From Octopus sinensis (lineage: Eukaryota), in assembly GCF_006345805.1 (NCBI RefSeq), contig NC_043006.1, positions 50,530,001-50,594,000 on the forward strand: 64,000 nucleotides of DNA, in the 5' to 3' direction. Both the position numbers and the translations under genes were made by a program. The notes beneath the pieces were generated by a model. It saw only the letters and a list, made by a program, of their open reading frames with translations. It ran no database searches and had not been told where the DNA came from. Positions 11,450 through 24,486 of the stretch are shown one piece after another (position 1 is the first letter of the stretch; each line of letters begins with the position of its first letter).

Positions 11450-12020
11450 TTGTCGGACTCTTTAAGATTTCCTACGACAAAAGGTCTTAAAGCCCTTACG
11501 TTACCAACTTCTCAAACAAAGTAGGTACCATTTGCCATCTTTCACAAACATACAGCAGTGACGAACGGGTTACATTAATACACGTGGACGAGGGTCAGCG
11601 TTGATGCAAAGATATCTCAAATACTTCGTGTCTGAATTTAAATTTTGTAGCCAACAGCAAGATCAGAATTTCTTAGGCATATACGGAGGGTGCGTCATCT
11701 ACAAACACTCTTAGACAAACTTGACGGGTAGAGTACATAGTAATGAATAGTTCTGATACGCGCCATTCACTGAACAGACGTCGCTGTACGTTGTGTTCAG
11801 CCAACCGGGAAAGACGGGAGAAAACCCGTCTGTAGTGAGGACAGCCGCCAAGTATTTGGTGGTCAATCATACCGAAAGCTTTCGACTGATTTACATTTAT
11901 CAGGGATCCCATCTATTCTACGTTTACTGTCCACCTTCTCTATGTTGTATCTCATGAAGTGAAGATTGCTGTGGATAGATATATCTGGGGATAGCGCATA
12001 TTTTGCACATTAACAATCAA
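11450..12020 (-). mobile_element. Decayed reverse transcriptase fragment of a Tx1/L1-clade LINE
   Basis: SIHSNLHFMRYNIEKV, LINVNQSKAFGMIDHQ (DxxKAFD motif), GWLNTTYSDV..SVNG, STRQ, FVDD (YADD-like). Confidence 0.75.
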
Positions 12021-12051
12021 GACTTGTTTGGTATTATTACTATTATTAATT

Positions 12052-12263
12052 TAGGCGGCGAGCTGGCAGAATCGTTGGCATCTCGGACAAAATGTTTAGT
12101 GCCATTTCATCCGTCTTTACGTTCTGAGTTCAAATTCCGCAGGGGTTGACTTTGCCTTTCATCCTTTCAAGGTCGATAAACTAATTAAGCGAAATACTGG
12201 TGTGGATGTGAGCGATTATCCACTTCCCCACAAATTCCAGGTCTTGTGCCTAGAATAGAAAGG

Positions 12264-12265
<2 letters not shown>
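12052..12265 (+). mobile_element. Family D SINE
   Basis: Full GGCGGCGAGCTGGCAGAATCGTT...CTTGTGCCTAGAATAGAAAG unit followed by (ATT)n. Confidence 0.9.
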
Positions 12266-12315
<50 letters not shown>

Positions 12316-12316
<1 letters not shown>

Positions 12317-12895
12317 CTTCATGTTTGTTACAATCACTTGCCGAAACACACCCAGCGTCCTAAGGCGAGTAAAGGATAAGTGATATTACAGTATGAATGA
12401 AAACTTGGGGAGGGTAAGTGACAGGGGCAGTAGCGAAGACATTTAAACTGATAGTGTTTTGTTTTCTAAGGATGTGGGCAGTACTTAACACAATCTTTTG
12501 GATTTCTCTGAGACATGGTTCTCCTGAGATATTATCCAGATGTTTTTGACATCCCTTACTATCATACCTATTGCACCCACAATGACAGGAACAGCTCTCA
12601 CATTAAGATGCCACATCTTTTGTATTTCAATTTCCATGTCCTGATGTTTACTTAATTTGTCAAATTCCTTTACAGATATATTTTTATCAGTGGAAACACT
12701 TACATCTATTAGTCTACAAGTATTTTCTTCTTTGTCCTTAATGACTATATCTGATCGATTAGCCTGGATCATTCTGTCGGTGATGATTGGATAATCGCAG
12801 AGGATAGAGGCATTTTTACCTTCAATGACTGGCTTAGGATAATGTCCATACCAGTAAGAAGAATTACTGATTCTAATGCTCTGATTATTAAGCAG
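12316..12895 (-). mobile_element. 5'-truncated R4/Dong-type LINE (RLE domain plus 3'UTR) between (TAA)n tracts
   Basis: ORF 12485-12976 contains ANRSDIVIKDKEENTCRLIDVSV...EIQKMWHLNVRAVPVIVGAIG (PD-(D/E)xK-type restriction-like endonuclease). Confidence 0.88.
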
Positions 12896-12896
12896 A

Positions 12897-12957
<61 letters not shown>

Positions 12958-12958
12958 T

Positions 12959-13676
<718 letters not shown>

Positions 13677-13681
13677 ATTCA

Positions 13682-13764
13682 GTAGTTTTATTTTTATAGC
13701 GTGCTTTCACTTCACTACCGAGCGCAGCTCTGTGTGCCTTGGGTATGTCCTGTGATTTGTTGTG

Positions 13765-13765
<1 letters not shown>
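13682..13765 (-). mobile_element. Module of about 85 bp flanked by (TAA)n, probable extreme 3' end of a TAA-targeting LINE
   Basis: Short unique stretch between two (ATT)n arrays, with loose resemblance to the 3'UTR stem of the adjacent Dong-like copies. Confidence 0.35.
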
Positions 13766-13836
<71 letters not shown>

Positions 13837-14764
13837 TAATATTCACAAATAATATGTTAACATTATAATGAAACTGTACTCCAGCAAGATAGTGTAAAAT
13901 GTGTTGTCTTTTTTACAAAATAAATAAGTTTTATTCAATCCACGAGGCATTCAACAATAAAGAACTAAAAAGAAAAAAAAATCATATCAACTCTAAGAAA
14001 GTGATACAGAATGTATTTTGGAGAACGGTTATAGACAATGGATGGATAGCCACAGACAAGAATACTAAAAGCAAGCGAGATGTTATACCATCCAAGATGA
14101 GAAATAGCAAACGAAGTAAATTAAACGCTAGTATAATGCAAACAAACGAAGACCAACAGAGATAACAAAGAGCGCCAAAATTCAACGTGCGTTATTAATA
14201 TCAATATCTGTATTTGCAAAGACAACCAATAATTCACTTGAAGAAAAAGAAAAGAAAAGAAATTATTTCATTTGCTCACTGAGGACAAGTAACCACTATA
14301 TTCATAAACGAGTAGTAATGGATCTCTACATGATCGATTGATTTGTAAGAAATAGCAGCGAAATTTCCCTCAAGTCACCCTGATTCATTTGAACAGAGTA
14401 AGACATTAAATCTAACAGTCATAAGAAAGAAACTGAGATATCCAAAACGTAAAACAATCTGCTTAATAATAAGTACATTAGAATCAGTAGAAGGAGATAT
14501 ACATTAATATGTAACTACTTGGCCAGATCTTTCACAGAGGTGCAGGCATGGTTGTGTGGTTAAGAAATTGTCTATGTAACCACATGGTTTAAGGTTCAGT
14601 CCCGCTGCGTGGCATCTTAAAGTGAGAACTGTTCCAGTCATTGTGGGTATAATAGGTATGATAGGAAAGGGATGCCAAAAACATCTAGATAACATCTCAG
14701 GAGAACCATGTCTCAAAGAAATCTAAAAGATTAGGTTAAGTACTGCCCACACTAATATAGCAGA

Positions 14765-15195
14765 AGACAATTATATTAATGGTGATCTAATATCAAGATA
14801 AACTGCACATGACCTTGCAGATGGGGCTCAGTTAGAATTTTCTTCATGTCAGGTAGCCCATCCCACTCAAAAGGTCCCTGAATAAGGGTTGTTTAAGGAC
14901 TTCAACGAAACACCCATGTTTCCAGGGGTGAATTACTTAAACCCCAAAGAATTCCTCTCAGTTCATGGTTATGATGTTCTTCAACTACTTCTGCTCGTAA
15001 TCGGAGATGCACATATCGTCAGCCACAAAGGGAGATGCTCAACTGGTTACTGTCAAACAACTGACAAGCAAATCTGTGGTACTGAGCTGAATATTTGCTG
15101 TAGCCCATCTTTTATACCAAAACAAAACAATGTACATCATAAAACCTCCAATCAGTTAATATCAGAAATAATGAGAGCCACTGCCTGGTACTGAA
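14765..15195. mobile_element. Non-coding interspersed repeat (family E) abutting (ATC)n(ATT)n
   Basis: Reverse-complement homolog at 33320-33780 and a partial homolog at 50575-50760. Confidence 0.75.
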
Positions 15196-15234
15196 TTTAT
15201 TATCATCATCATCATCATCATCATTATTATTATA

Positions 15235-15306
<72 letters not shown>

Positions 15307-15641
15307 TCACTAAGGCATAACGGTATTAATAAACTGGTAATAAAACTCAATATACAAATGTCCCATTCGCGAGTACAGGACAGTAATTAGATAAATGACA
15401 AGGGAAGAAGAAATTATGTAATGAATTTTATTACCTTACAGCTGTTACTGCTTTAAGATGCAATGCACTCACAGTTGGCTACCTGTGTATCTTCCACTTC
15501 TTTTTAAAATTCCGATTAAACTATAGGAGAATACACGATGAAACTATAACGTAAGTTGGTGAAGTTCATGACCTAATGTCTTATTCTCTTGTTATTTGTT
15601 TAACTTCTTATATATATACATACACCCTTTATAATTTATTA

Positions 15642-16010
15642 TCTATTATATAAAATCCGTTAAGTCTGTCTGTCTGTCTGTGTGTCTTCTATGATTTAGG
15701 GCACCTCCATCCAATTGCGCTCAAATTTGATATGTAGATACCGACAGTACCAGGACGTGTATGTCTTGAAAAAATTACAAAAATCGATTCCAGGTGAGAA
15801 TACGATCAATAAGGTGAATAAAATCGTTTTTCTTTGGAATAGGAAAAAAGTCTTTATTTCTTCTTTTACTGGTATCTCAAATATAGGTTAAATCAGTGTT
15901 TCTCAAAGTGAAGTTCTATGGGACGGTCGGAGAAGTTGTTTTGAGAAAATTTGGTTTAAATGTTTGACAACTCAGCACCGTCTATTGGACGGGGGGGGGC
16001 GTTTTGCTCG
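15642..16010 (+). mobile_element. Non-autonomous Helitron-like element
   Basis: A|TC start, TATATAAAA, (GTCT)n, GC-rich subterminal hairpin, CTCG|T end (degenerate CTAG). Homologous copy on - at 54415-54782. Confidence 0.7.
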
Positions 16011-16012
16011 TT

Positions 16013-16041
<29 letters not shown>

Positions 16042-16044
<3 letters not shown>

Positions 16045-16571
16045 CAATAGCTATCTTGATGGCGGTGGCCTCATGGAGCTGACCAGCGGCAGCGATTATT
16101 CTTATATCTATAAGAATGCCATATTAATATGGCGATAACAATTAATTTCCAGTAAATGCTGCCGTAATCTCTTTTATAGAGACTTAGTAATTTTAATATT
16201 TCTATTATTGAAAACAAGTGGATGTATTCCACTGAAACTAGGTAAATAGAAACCTTCGAACAGAGACGTCAGTGGCGACACCTGCGGGTCTGACTGCGCT
16301 ACATTGACAAGGGCAATACCCCGAAACGCGTCTGTAGCTGTCGGACTGGCAGTGTGAAGCGGCTGACCTCCCTTGTTCGAAGGTTATAATGGATACAGTT
16401 CGTGTATCAATAGCTATCTTGATGGCGGTGGCCTCATGGAGCTGACCAGCGGCAGCGATTATTCTTATATCTATAAGAATGCCATATTAATATGGCGATA
16501 ACAATTAATTTCCAGTAAACGCTGCCGTAATCTCTTTTATAGAGACTTAGTAATTTTAATATTTCTATTAT
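16042..16571 (+). mobile_element. Retrozyme-like / Penelope pseudo-LTR element: 1.46 copies of a 363-nt unit inserted in (TA)n
   Basis: Direct repeats of about 167 bp (16042-16208 and 16405-16571, one mismatch seen), an internal hammerhead and no ORF. Confidence 0.8.
16288..16346 (+). ncRNA. Type I hammerhead ribozyme, minimal palindromic stem III, U3-A8 core variant
   Basis: GCTACA-TTGACAA-GGG(CAATAC)CCC-GAAA-CGCGTC-TGTAGC. Stem I extends via GTCTGAC/GTCGGAC. Predicted cleavage after C16332. Confidence 0.85.
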
Positions 16572-16583
16572 ATATATATATAT

Positions 16584-16710
16584 GAGAATTGTAGTCGGTG
16601 ACGAAGGGTGTCAAGACCTTTATGACAACATTGAGCATTTTCCTGCTTATTTCTAACAATGTAGGTGTCTTGACACCCTTAGACGCATTTAGTTGACGAC
16701 TATAATTCTC
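16584..16710. repeat. Imperfect 127-bp hairpin / MITE-like element
   Basis: GAGAATTGTAGTCG...AAGGGTGTCAAGAC pairs with GTCTTGACACCCTT...CGACTATAATTCTC. Confidence 0.6.
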
Positions 16711-16755
16711 CTTTGCGGTATAACACTGCAACTAGCTGTTTTTATTAATTAATAT

Positions 16756-16790
<35 letters not shown>

Positions 16791-18402
16791 AATCCAATGC
16801 TGGATTCTAAATAACTGCAATGATGAAACGTACGTAGGGACTAAATATTTATACTTGTGGTTATATATATATGTGTGTGTGTGTGTGAGTAATAAAATAT
16901 TCGTCTACTTCATACCACATACTTAAATAAAAATTATGTAATGAAGAGCAAAGAACACGATTGTATTTAACATTTAGAAATTAATATGTCATTACGACAG
17001 TGTCGGTTGGATCTTTATCTAAAATTCCCATAAATAGATCAACTTTCTTCAAAGCTTGCATGCAAATTGCCTCCTTTTTCTTTTCCCAATCATAAGTTGC
17101 CGTTCTTGTAGCCTTTTAGAGATTGTGTTAATTGAAACTAATGATAGAAACAAATAAATATACATAGAGAGGATGAAGTTTCGAAATTCAATCTGAACAG
17201 CCGACTGGCAAATTACCACAAATCCTGCCAGATTCAAAACAAGCCAGGTTTAGATTTTTTTTTAAACTTTGAACCGAGTGATTATAAAAGGTACTCCTTA
17301 AAATTCTCGATTTAGAAATATTTATTCATTGATTATATTAACGTTTTGAACATATTTTTTCATTCATAAGATCGATGCTTATATTATACGTACACGTGCG
17401 GCATTTTGGCTGTGTACATAAAATCAGAAAGATATAACGTTACAAAGAAATTTAGAAGTGTTATGTATATTCACTGATGGTCAGCGGACAAGCTTTTGGT
17501 CAGCAACCAACAATTATACGAACAACTTGTTGTAATGCCAAAATGATTAAAGCGTGTTCAAAGGGTAACGTTTGTTAGATGTTATTAAATTATCTAGTAA
17601 CAGAACCAACGTAATTGGAATTGTGGGAAGACTTTCAAACATTAAGGTGACGAACATGCATCAACGTAACTCACAATGTTTGTTACTTGGCACACAAATG
17701 AAACAGTTAATTTTATTTGGTAAGCGAAAAAGGACTTAAAAAACAACAACTCTGAATTGACTTTTTCAAGAATAGTTTAAAATTATAAAACACACAAGCA
17801 ACAGGGGAGTCAGCACGTACCGAAAAAAGAATCTGTAACTGCTTTTCCAACTCCACTTAGAAATATTATTCCTTTCCACTATAGGCAAATGGCTTGAAAT
17901 TTAGGGAAAGGGCACTAGTCGATTGCATCGACCCCTGTGCACAAATAGCACTATCTTTATTATTAATCATTCATAAATGCATATATAAACATACATACCG
18001 GCACACACGCTCACACTCATATACACCCACGCGCTCACACACACACGCTGACACATATACATACATTCATACATACATACACACAAACACACACACGCAT
18101 ACGATCCAAGGATCGAGGTGTAGGAACAAAGTTAGCTTAAAGCAATCCGTAGTAAATATAAAAAAAACAACTTTCTGAGACAATAGTGGTTTACTGAGTC
18201 GGAAGGCTGTGGATGTTTTCGTATCGAAGTACGATAAACGGGAAACAATTCTTTCTACATTTCCATGGATTGTCTTGATGAACGCAGCAGTATAATTTTT
18301 ACAAAATCTCTTCTCAAAATACAAATAACAACAACCCAGCCCGCATCTTTTTCCTAACCTTCATAAGCTCTTAGCCTCTTATTTGCCCTCACTACCACTG
18401 TT

Positions 18403-19605
18403 TATTCTTTTCTACTCTGGGCACAAGGCTCGAATTTTGGGGGGCGGAGGAGGCCAGTCGATTTGATCGACCGCAGTACGCAATTGGTACTTAATTTATC
18501 GACCCCGAAAGGATAAAAGGCAAAGGCGACCTCGGCAGATTTGAACTCAGAACATAAAAACCGACAAAATACCGCTATGCATTTCGCCCGACGTGCTAAC
18601 GTTTCTGCCAGCTCGCCGCCCTACTACCACTATATATTCTTCTCTACTCTAGGCATAAGGCCCGAAACTTTGGGGGAGGAGCTAGTCGATTAGATCGTCC
18701 TCAGTACGCAACTGGTATTTAATTTATCGACCCTGAAATGATGAAAGGCAAAGTCGACCTTTGAACTTGTACTCAGAACGTAAAGACAGACGAAATGCTA
18801 CTAAGCATTTCGCCCGGCGTGCTAACCTTTCTTCCAGCTCGCCGCCTAACTACTACTATATATTAAACCACCAATATATTCCCATTATTTTCCATCAATA
18901 AGGCGGTGGGCGGCCTGGCAGAAACGTTAGCACGCCGGGCGAAATGCTTGGCTGTATTTCGTCTGCCGCTATGTTCTGAGTTCAAATTCCGCCGAGATCG
19001 ACATTGCCTGTTATCTTTTTGGTATCAATAAATTAAGTACCAGTTGCGTACTGGGGTTGGTCTAATCGACTATCCCCTCTCCCTAAAATTTCGCGCCTTG
19101 TGCCTAGAGTAGAAAATATTATTTTGTATTTAATTCCTTACTGCCGTTATACGTTTCTCTTTAAGGTGGTGAAGTGGCAGAATCGTTAGCAAGCCGGGCG
19201 AAATGCTTCGCGATATTTCATCCATCTTTACGTTCAAGTTCAAATTTCGCCGAGGTCAACTTTGCCTTTCATCCTTTCATGATCGATAAAGATAAATTAA
19301 GTACCAGTGAAACATTAGGGTTGATATAATCGACTTGTCCCCTTCCCCCAAATTTTGAAGGCCTTGTGCCTTTAGTAGAAAGGATTGTTATTAAGGCGGC
19401 GAGCTGGCAGATTCGTTAGCACGCCGGGCAAAATACCGTGAAGCATTTCACCCGTCTTTACGTTCTGAGTTCAAATTCCGCCGAGGGCGACTTTGCCTTT
19501 CACCCTTTCGTGGTCCATAAATTAAGTACCAGTTGCATACTGGGGTTGATCTAATCGACTGGCTCCTTCTCCAAAAATTTTGGGCCTTGTACCTAGAGTA
19601 GAAAA
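18403..19605. mobile_element. Cluster of five family D SINEs: two on - (18403-18621, 18635-18848), then three on + (18899-19118, 19160-19390, 19391-19605)
   Basis: Repeated unit of about 215 bp read on both strands. Confidence 0.9.
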
Positions 19606-20449
19606 CAAGAAGTATATACTTCTCTCTTTATCTTTCCGTACTATTTATAACGTTTTTTCCTCTTATTTCACATGTCTCCCTCTCCTGCATTTGCTACTAT
19701 TATTATTGATTTTGTTATTCTATCCCTCTTCAAGTTCATGCACATTAAATCTTAGTAACTCTAAGAAAAGAATCACTCATTACTCTTTCTCTTCAAACTG
19801 AAGCCTACTGCTAACAGTACTAAAGAGAGAGTTATCTATTTCTAGTCTCAGTAACGTTGACAGAATGAAAGACAAATCTTCTGTTGTATCAATTCAGTTC
19901 ACAGTCGCTCTTCTTATCACTTTTATCTGTACATACAATGATTATTATTCGAGAAACTATATCACATTTCCTACGGTGTTTTACTTAGATAATGAATTAT
20001 AAAGTTGTTATTCTATAATTTCCTGAAGTGGGAACATCGCCACGGAAACATCTTTCGCCATAATGGCTTCCACATTAATACAGAAAATTAGAAGAATCTG
20101 GAGTCAATTTCTAACATTTCTGTTATCTTTACCAGTAAATCATGGGGAAAAAAAATTCTTCATATTCTAGTTACTGTCCTTCCCTTACAGTTAATTTACC
20201 TGTGTATTTTTATCGACGTACAGGCACACATAAATGCAGTCAAATGTGTGTGCGTGAGTGCGTGTGAGCATATTGAATGCGCTAACTGTAATTTATAACC
20301 TTTACCCATTTACCTGTTCAAAGCATTTTCGTAAATTTGTCCTAAACGCCCTTCTTTGTTTTCAGCCATTTTAGTAGACCCTTGATTCATACGTTCTGAG
20401 TAATATAGAGCTCTCCTGTCTTAACTCCGAAGTTACTCTCTTTACTGTC

Positions 20450-20670
20450 TTTACTCTCATTTACTTGTTTCAGTCATTTGACTGTGGTCATGCTGGAGCA
20501 CCACCTTTAGTCGACCAAATAGATCCCAGGACTTATTCTATAAGCCTAGTACTTATTCTATCGGTCTTTTTTGCCGAACCGCTAAGTTACGGGGACGTAA
20601 GCATACCAACATCGGTTGTCAAGTGATGTTGGGTGGGGGGACAAACTCAGACACACAAACATATACACAA

Positions 20671-20707
<37 letters not shown>

Positions 20708-20872
20708 TACGACGGGCTTCTTTCAGCTTCTGTCTACCAAATCCACTCACAAGGCTTTGGTCGGCCCGAGGCTATAGTAGAAGACACTTGCCCAAGGTGC
20801 CACGCAGTGGGATTGAACCCGGAACCATGTGGTTGGTAAGCAAGCTACTTACCACACAGCCACTCCTACTCC
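20450..20872 (-). mobile_element. Complete family B bipartite SINE
   Basis: Head GGAGTGGCTGTGTGGTAAG...GGGTTCAATCCC, CTTGGGCAAGTGTCTT (CORE-like), central (TA)n, and 3' body ending GACTGAAACAAGTAAA. Confidence 0.9.
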
Positions 20873-22399
20873 TACGCCTACTTACTTACTCTCGTGATTG
20901 AAAAAATGGTAATGTGTATAATAGACACCACGGAAATATGTGCTGCGTACCATACGTGATATATAGGGGAGGTAAAGAGTTAATTCAGAGGCCCCGTTGT
21001 TATATTGAATCTCTCTTCCTTTCTTTCTCTCAGTATATATAGGTTTGTGTGTGCGTGTGTATGAGTGTGTGTTTCTTTTTGTTATCAGTGACTAGTTTAT
21101 AGATTTAATTCTCTTTCAATCCTAGCTTATCTTCTTCACACCGAGGATCGAACAGGGTTAACCACTTTAGATAATTTCTAATATCACATGGATGTTCTAT
21201 ATTTTGAAGAATCGGATATTTTATGCCATACCTGTATGTGATATATATATATTCACGCGAAAATTAAGACTCTAAAATATTTTAAATAAAAATCGTATAG
21301 AATAATCGTATGGAGCTGGGTCTATCTTGCTTTTAATAATAAAGAAAAACTAGTATATTTTAAAATAGATACCTGCGAGCTCTTATACTGTGGTTCTTTC
21401 TTTCTTTCTAACTGTACCTGGTTTAGAACACTAAGAAGTAAATAGTATTTGTACGTTGCCAGAAATTTTGTACGGTGGCAAAAAAAATTTGATTTTAATT
21501 TTAATTGACTATATATTAATTTAATTTAATCTAATTTTAATCTAATTTAAATAATTTAATCTAATTTAAATAATTTAATCTTACTTAAATAACCCAACTT
21601 AAATCAAATAAGTTGCTAATACTTCATAATTCTATTATAAGTTTAAATAAGTAATGCTACTCCCTTAATAATATAAAGAATTTTCACTACGATTTTCACT
21701 ATTTTTTTGAATAAGCAATACTCTCACACCTTTGACTATAGAAATTAATTGACCTCCAAGTTTAAACCTAAAGTCTGTCTTACAATGTATAAACATTTGT
21801 ATAAATAGTAACAATAATAAATAAATTAATTAATTAAATGACCTCCTTTCTAGGATTGCACTCAAATCTCTTAATGTATTTCTCCCCTATTGATAGCCTT
21901 TGACCCCTTTATTACTTTCTCTTGTTCTCTTTATATTCTTGTGTCTGCTTTGACTCTGTGGGATTAGCAATTAACAGCTATATGCTGGTCAAAAGTAATA
22001 ATTAAAAAGTAGAAGACACATACATGCCTACATACATACATACATGCATGCATCCATCCATGCATGCAAGCATGCATGCATGCATACATACATACATACG
22101 TACATACATACGTACGTACGTGGTAGAAGACAACTCATGACCGATAATACTACTTCTCAAAGTCAGCAAGTCCATGCAAACGTTTTGAAAATCAAAGAAG
22201 TTCCTGTGCATGAATTTTGAGTGGATAAGTGTTGTGCAGCACTGAACACATTTTCAGTCTATTAACAATAAAACCAGTGATACAACGGAGGTGGAGATGA
22301 CCAGAAACCAACCAACTGCACTTCAGTTTTCTTTATACGAATTGGCCTTCACCAAGAAGGAGGTTCTAACCGGAACTAGGGATCCTTCACTCCAAGTGA

Positions 22400-22648
22400 T
22401 TCACAAGCCAGTTAACCCATACCGACCTCCCCTCTCCACGCCACCAGTGTTATCCAAGGGAAAGGCAACAGCAGATACAGCTTGGCACCTGTGACGTCAC
22501 AAATCATTTCTACAGCTGAGTGAACTGGAGCAACGTGAAATAAAGTGTCTTGCTCAAGAACACAACACGCACCCCGGTCCGGGATTCGAACTCACAACCT
22601 CACGATCGTAAGCTCGACGCTCTAACCACTGAGCCATGCGCCTTCACA
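22400..22648 (-). mobile_element. tRNA-headed SINE (family A-related)
   Basis: Head GGCGCATGGCTCAGTGGTTAGAGCG...GAGTTCGAATCCCGG with the shared central domain. Confidence 0.88.
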
Positions 22649-23709
22649 GTTATTCGGTGTAGTCTGTATTTATTACTGTGGGTATGACCTTTTTAGTGGT
22701 TTGTCTGCTATTTCGCACAGACTGAGTGACTATGTTTTTCGGGTATCTTTAAAACGAAGTATCCTATCTATGAAAAAATCCCTTTTTCTCTCTTTTCTAA
22801 GTCTGTTTTGAAGATCACAATAACTCAACGGGAAAGAAATATAATATTAATGGATATTAATAATTTGTAGTGACTAGAAATGCAACAGAATGTGTTCAAT
22901 ATGCAACTGGAAGAAAATGATATTGTAAGGTGAAAGGACTAACCGAAGGGATAGTATTACGCACTGAAAAGCAATGGATATCTTTCAATTGAATTTGGAA
23001 GTCATAACTTTAACAATGTAAGGAATAGTTATTATAAGAACATTCAGTGAAGCAATGTTCTGAATATTGCGGAAAAGTAGTTGCTTGCACGGTAAATTGT
23101 GAGTCATTATAAACTCGTTTTCAGTGTGAAAAAGGATCGTTCTATGTGGGCGAATACGACGCAATTTGCATTGTGCATGTGAACCGATTTTGATAAAATT
23201 TGCATGTGTGTGTGTGGTCATTTATATCATTAATAAAATACGGAACGCATATATGGCACTTTATGCTTCATAAAACAATATACACTCATTTCGGTCAGTT
23301 AAATGCTTGGTTTGCAAATTCGGTGGTTGAAAAATAATATAATTTTATTAAAACATCTCCTAAGTATTTAACAAAAACTCCAAAGAATAGTGTTAAATAC
23401 TCAATATGTGTCTTTATTATGCAAATTATTTACATAAATGGAGTTGCTTAAGCAAGAATATAATGTAGTAAGGGAAAGTAAAACAGGGCACAATAGCTCG
23501 AGGCTTCACATTTTCGTTCAAGTTGGCAGATACACATACACACATACACACTCATAACCATTCCCAACGTATACAACGGAAAGGAGGGAAAAGAGAAAGA
23601 ATGGGACGACCACATAGTCTTCGAAACAGGACACCTCCAGTACCAACCACCTCAACAATAACAACCCCACAATGCCAGTCAAGCGACCATGACAGACCAT
23701 AATCATGTA

Positions 23710-23925
23710 AGCGAGATGGCAGAAACGTTAGCACGCCGGGCGAAATGCTTAGCGGTTTTCATCTGCCGCTACCTTCGGAGTTCAAATTCCGCGCAGGTCG
23801 ACTTTGCCTTTCATCCTTTCGGGGTCGATAAATTAAGTACCAGTTGCGTACTGGAGTCGATCTAATCGACTGGCCCCTTACCCAAAAAATTCGGGTCTTG
23901 TGCCTTGAGTAGAAAAGAATAATTC
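23710..23925 (+). mobile_element. Family D SINE, followed by an inverted partial tail (23930-24000)
   Basis: Unit sequence as at 19391-19605. Confidence 0.88.
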
Positions 23926-24102
23926 TTTCTATTATTGGCACTTGACCCGAAATTTTTGTAGGAGAGTAGTCGATTTCAATGACACCAGTACTCAACTTGG
24001 TATATATGTGTGTGTGTACACGAGTATATGAGAAACAATAATTTATATACATAAATTATATACATAATATATATGCTATGCATATATCATATAACATATA
24101 TA

Positions 24103-24486
24103 TCTCTCTCTATATAAACGGCAGTTTGTCTGTGCGTGTTTCTGTGTGTCTGTTTGCTTGTACCCTCACCCTCACCACGGCTTTCAACCGATTCTGATGA
24201 AACTTGACACACACATACCCCAATGTCATAATTCAAAACTAACGTAGCGAAAATTTTGAAAAGTTCCCCCAGTTCTGAAAAAAATCGATAAATTCGACAT
24301 GGGGTCGAGAATCAGAAACACAAACCGCAAACTGTCTAGGGGACGCAACTCCACCTTTTTTCACACTCTCAAAAAAATTTACCATCATTTTTTTCCATTT
24401 TTTTGCTATTTTTTGGCTATAACTCTCTAAAAATGCTTTATAGTTATTTCCCTTACAAACCTGAGCAACGCCGGCGATACTGCTAG
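24103..24486 (+). mobile_element. Non-autonomous Helitron
   Basis: A|TC start, TATATAAA plus (GT/CTGT) repeats, and 3' GAGCAACGCCGGCG hairpin then CTAG|T. The 3' motif resembles that of the Helitron at 62899. Confidence 0.8.

Noticed and set aside
13880-14200. Possible RTE C-terminal remnant
   Set aside because: Too degenerate to support by eye.
21105-21231. Possible minus-strand terminal exon (AG|G-YGIKYPILQNIEHPCDIRNYLKWLTLFDPRCEEDKLGLKEN*); similar short candidates at about 17000-17120, 18190-18320, 39680-39740, 57990-58190
   Set aside because: I recognised no protein family and could build no consistent exon chain. Open frames of this size are expected by chance without RNA or homology evidence.
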